A DNA stretch of 64,000 nucleotides, from NCBI GenBank assembly GCA_902575785.1, contig CACGSR010000004.1:8436-72435 (forward strand), read 5' to 3'. The notes below the pieces were generated by a model. It was not told the DNA's origin. It did no database searches and was given only the letters and a program-made list of their open reading frames with translations. This document shows positions 61,335 through 64,000 of this stretch, one piece after another. The translations under genes were made by a program, and so were the position numbers. The DNA comes from an uncultured Pelagibacteraceae bacterium (GTDB lineage Bacteria; Pseudomonadota; Alphaproteobacteria; Pelagibacterales; Pelagibacteraceae). Numbering within the stretch: position 1 is the stretch's first letter; every line of letters begins with the position of its first letter.

Positions 61335-61946
61335 ATGCAAAACATCGATGAGATAGCAGGTTTAATAAGATTAATTTCAAAACTACCGGGATTAGGACCT
61401 AAATCAGCAAAACGTATTGTTTTAAAGCTTATAAATAATAGAGATGAACTTGTAAAACCAATGGTTAATACCTTAACGCAAATTTATAAAAATGTTACAA
61501 GATGTAATTTATGCGGATCTTTAAAATCAAATTCCAATGGTTGTGTAAATTGTGAAAATACTAAAGATAAATTTAATAAAATTTGTGTAGTTGAAGATAT
61601 AGCTGATCAATGGTCGATCGAAAGTTCAAATATATTTAAAGGATATTTTCATATTTTAGGAGGAACTTTATCCTCTGTAGGACAAAGGAAGGAAGATTTA
61701 TTAATTAATAGCTTAATTGATAGAGTGAAAAGAGACAAAATTGAAGAGGTAATACTTGCTACAAGTGCAACAGTAGAGGGCCAAACAACTGCTTATTATA
61801 TTCAAGACAGTCTTAAAGGTTCTGAGGTCAAAATTACAAAATTAGCTCAGGGGCTGCCTGTTGGAGGAGAAATCGAAAGTCTGGATGATGGGACTTTGTT
61901 CTCAGCTTTTAAAAATAGATCAAAAATTAATTCAAATACTAATTAG
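61335..61946 (+). CDS. recR: Recombination mediator RecR
   Basis: [12 protein letters not shown]4 zinc finger, [25 protein letters not shown]. Confidence 0.96.
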   Translation: MQNIDEIAGLIRLISKLPGLGPKSAKRIVLKLINNRDELVKPMVNTLTQIYKNVTRCNLCGSLKSNSNGCVNCENTKDKFNKICVVEDIADQWSIESSNIFKGYFHILGGTLSSVGQRKEDLLINSLIDRVKRDKIEEVILATSATVEGQTTAYYIQDSLKGSEVKITKLAQGLPVGGEIESLDDGTLFSAFKNRSKINSNTN

Positions 61947-64000
61947 TTTTTTGGCAATCCTATTAGAATGCAAAAGGGGCTCAGTATAACCAGAGGGTTG
62001 ATCTTTACCTTTAAATATTAAATTACAAGCTGTATTAAAAGCTAAAGATTTTTCAAAATTATCACTCATTTTAATATAATTTTTATCGCCTTCATTTTGT
62101 TTATCTACTACTTTCGCCATTTCTTTCATAATCTCTTTAACTTGAATCTTGGTTGTTATCCCATGATGAATCCAATTTGCAATATGTTGAGAAGAAATTC
62201 TTAAAGTAGCTCTATCTTCCATAAGACCAACATTATTTATATCAGGAACCTTTGAACAACCTACACCTTGATCAATCCATCTAACTACATAGCCTAGTAA
62301 AGTCTGAGCAGAATTACAAATCTCTTTATTTATATCTTCTACAGACCAATTTGGCCTATCTGCTACTGGAATTGTTAAAAGATCATCGAGTTTTGCTTGA
62401 TCACGATTATATAATTTTTTTTGCTCATCAAATATATTAATTTGATGATAATGAAGTGCATGCAAAGCCGCAGCTGTTGGAGAAGGAACCCAAGCGCAAT
62501 TAGCTCCAGCTTTCAAATGTCCAGTTTTTTGTTCCATCATATCTTTCATTTTATCAGGCATTGCCCACATTCCTTTTCCAATTTGTGCTTTACCAGAAAA
62601 ACCACATTTCAAACCAATGTCTACATTGTTATTTTCATAGGCCAAGATCCATGTAGAAGATTTCATGTCTCCTTTTTTAATCATTGGTCCAGCCTCCATT
62701 GATGTATGCATTTCATCTCCAGTCCTATCTAAAAAACCTGTGTTAATAAAAAAAACTCTATTTTTAAGTGTTCTAATACATTCCTTAAGGTTGACTGATG
62801 TTCTTCTTTCTTCATCCATTATCCCAATTTTACAGGTGTATCTTTTTAATCCTAAAACTTCTTCAACCTTTGAAAAAATTAAATCTGTAAAAGCAGTTTC
62901 GTCAGGACCGTGCATTTTTGGTTTAACAATGTATATAGAGCCAGTTCTGGAATTATTTTGTTTTTTTTGGTCATGAAGTGCCGCAGCAGTTGTAAAGAAT
63001 GCATCCATGATACCTTCAGGTATTTCACTGCCATCACTCAATATGATTGAAGAATTTGTCATCAAATGTCCTACGTTTCTGATAAGTAAAAGACTTCTAC
63101 CGTGTAACTTTAAACCTTTGCCGTCTTTAGAGATATAACTTCGATTAGGATTTAATTTTCTTTCAAATAATTTACCATCTTTTTCAAACTTTGATTTTAA
63201 ATTACCTTTCATCAGACCTAACCAATTTCTATAGCAAATAATCTTATCTTGTGAGTCAACTGCGGCAACACTGTCTTCATTATCACAAATAGTTGAAACT
63301 GCAGATTCTAATATTATGTCACTTATGCCAGCATAATCTTGTTGTGCAGCAAAAGCTCTAGAATCTTTTAAAATTTCAATGTGTAAGTTATTATTTTTTA
63401 AAATAATTGCAGATGGATTATCGCTTTCTCCTCTGTGCCCCACAAACTTATCTTCATTAACTAAATCAAATATATCTGTTCCTTTTAAAGCTTTAAACTT
63501 TCCATCTTTTACAGCAAAATTGGTAATTTTTTTCCAACTTAAGTCTGCTAAAGGAAAGTATTTGTCCAAAAATTCTCGTCCATACTTAATAACCATTTCT
63601 CCTCTAAGTGGATCATATCTTTCAGAAACACTGTCCTCAGATTGTTCTATTACATCTGTTCCATAAAGACTGTCGTATAAACTCATCCATCTCGCATTTG
63701 CTGCATTTAAAGCATATCTTGCGTTCATAACAGGCACTACAAGTTGTGGTCCAGCAATTTTACTGATTTCTTCATCAACATCTTTAGTTTCTATTTTGAA
63801 ATCAGGACCTTCTTTTTTTAAATAGCCAACCTCTATTAAAAATTTTTTATATTCTTTTAAATCGAATTTTTTATCTTTATTTTTTATATGCCAATTATCA
63901 ATTTTTTTTTGTAAATCTTCTCTAAATTTGATTAATTCTTTATTTTTAGGTGCAAGCTCATTTAATGTTTTTTCTAAACCCAACCAAAATTTTTCTTTAG
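61932..64000 (-). CDS. glcB: Malate synthase G, 5'-truncated by window
   Basis: [64 protein letters not shown]; frame open to the window end. Confidence 0.97.
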   Translation of the reverse strand, partial: KEKFWLGLEKTLNELAPKNKELIKFREDLQKKIDNWHIKNKDKKFDLKEYKKFLIEVGYLKKEGPDFKIETKDVDEEISKIAGPQLVVPVMNARYALNAANARWMSLYDSLYGTDVIEQSEDSVSERYDPLRGEMVIKYGREFLDKYFPLADLSWKKITNFAVKDGKFKALKGTDIFDLVNEDKFVGHRGESDNPSAIILKNNNLHIEILKDSRAFAAQQDYAGISDIILESAVSTICDNEDSVAAVDSQDKIICYRNWLGLMKGNLKSKFEKDGKLFERKLNPNRSYISKDGKGLKLHGRSLLLIRNVGHLMTNSSIILSDGSEIPEGIMDAFFTTAAALHDQKKQNNSRTGSIYIVKPKMHGPDETAFTDLIFSKVEEVLGLKRYTCKIGIMDEERRTSVNLKECIRTLKNRVFFINTGFLDRTGDEMHTSMEAGPMIKKGDMKSSTWILAYENNNVDIGLKCGFSGKAQIGKGMWAMPDKMKDMMEQKTGHLKAGANCAWVPSPTAAALHALHYHQINIFDEQKKLYNRDQAKLDDLLTIPVADRPNWSVEDINKEICNSAQTLLGYVVRWIDQGVGCSKVPDINNVGLMEDRATLRISSQHIANWIHHGITTKIQVKEIMKEMAKVVDKQNEGDKNYIKMSDNFEKSLAFNTACNLIFKGKDQPSGYTEPLLHSNRIAKKLISI

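Overview
Very AT-rich, gene-dense core-genome segment of a streamlined alphaproteobacterium. Gene content and order, tiny or overlapping intergenic spaces and a G-1-less tRNA-His point to SAR11/Pelagibacterales (inference). It runs from the 3' part of lepA to a malate synthase G gene truncated by the window end, with about 65 CDSs, four tRNAs (Ser-GGA, Thr-GGT, Phe-GAA, His-GTG) and the SRP RNA. I found no mobile elements, prophage or CRISPR array. Non-routine parts: (i) a small glycan-modification island between lepA and gyrB whose enzymes lack their usual Zn and Fe-S ligands; (ii) an rmuC / MGME1-like PD-(D/E)XK nuclease / exonuclease I cassette directly upstream of trxA, where alphaproteobacteria normally carry addAB, preceded by a duplicated CATAA-N7-TTATAAT motif (best candidate for an undescribed system); (iii) a SET-domain methyltransferase next to an HDAC-family deacetylase at the end of the dap run; (iv) a candidate four-way-junction RNA between the csp gene and tRNA-His; (v) active-site substitutions in RegB, TrpB, ArgF, RmuC and GyrB, and an A18/G55 tRNA-Phe. 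All calls come from motif recognition and remembered synteny; no searches were run.
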